This document shows, piece after piece, positions 63,685-64,000 of a stretch of DNA of 64,000 nucleotides (position 1 is the first letter of the stretch; each line of letters starts with the position of its first letter). A program made the translations under genes and the position numbers. Under the pieces are notes generated by a model, which searched no databases, was not told the DNA's origin, and was given only the letters and a program-made list of their open reading frames with translations. Where the stretch lies: the NCBI RefSeq assembly GCF_001194135.2, contig NC_069002.1:3240458-3304457 (forward strand), given 5' to 3'. The stretch comes from Octopus bimaculoides (Eukaryota).

Positions 63685-64000
63685 GTGAGTACAACATTTG
63701 TAGCCTCTCTCTTCTGCTTGACTGCCATTTTTTTTTTCTTTTGTAATAAGTAGGATGTTCGTTTGATTGATTTCTTTGGTGGTGGGTGGGCAAGGGTGGA
63801 AATTATTACTCTTGTTAATGTTGATGTTCTTTTATATACACAAACAAGAAGAAGAAGAATTAATAAACTCAAAATGTTCTTATGTTTCCTTAAACATTCT
63901 CTGGAACAATGCTTAGTGCAAAACCAAATATATGGCGCCAACATGAACTTCTTCCAACTTGTTGTCTTTTGAGGTCTCTGGGTGAGACTTGGAGCCAACT

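Overview
AT-rich animal genomic DNA with many microsatellites and N-gaps. The SINE, MITE and LINE repertoire suggests a coleoid cephalopod, probably Octopus; this is inferred from recalled repeat families, not from a search. All gene models were built by hand from splice sites and reading-frame phase. In order: the last two exons of a TspanC8-type tetraspanin (+, 455-1164); a CD-M6PR/ATG27-like MRH type I membrane protein (+, 4882-8807) behind a promoter with two CLEAR-like TCACGTGA boxes; a complete DR1/NC2-beta gene (-, 17857-19054); an uninterrupted ~2.25 kb CDS ending in a VPS9-like domain (+, 26924-29179); a signal-peptide plus mucin-repeat (APNTTTT)n gene (+, exons at 42041 and 51852, 3' end not found); a possible orphan signal-peptide exon (-, 57047-57095); and the first four coding exons of a divergent Tbx15/18/22-like T-box gene (+, 58618-63684, continuing past the window). 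The rest is at least four SINE families, RTE, CR1 and REL-type LINE relics, hAT, Tc1-mariner and piggyBac-like MITEs, and simple repeats. The most unusual items are an 8 x 26 bp E-box/upstream-ATG array just before the T-box start codon, a VPS9 domain and an MRH domain that both appear to have lost key functional residues, and a duplicated splice acceptor in DR1 that could form a poison exon. Most ORFs in the supplied track are microsatellite or gap artefacts. No tRNA, rRNA or CRISPR array is supported.
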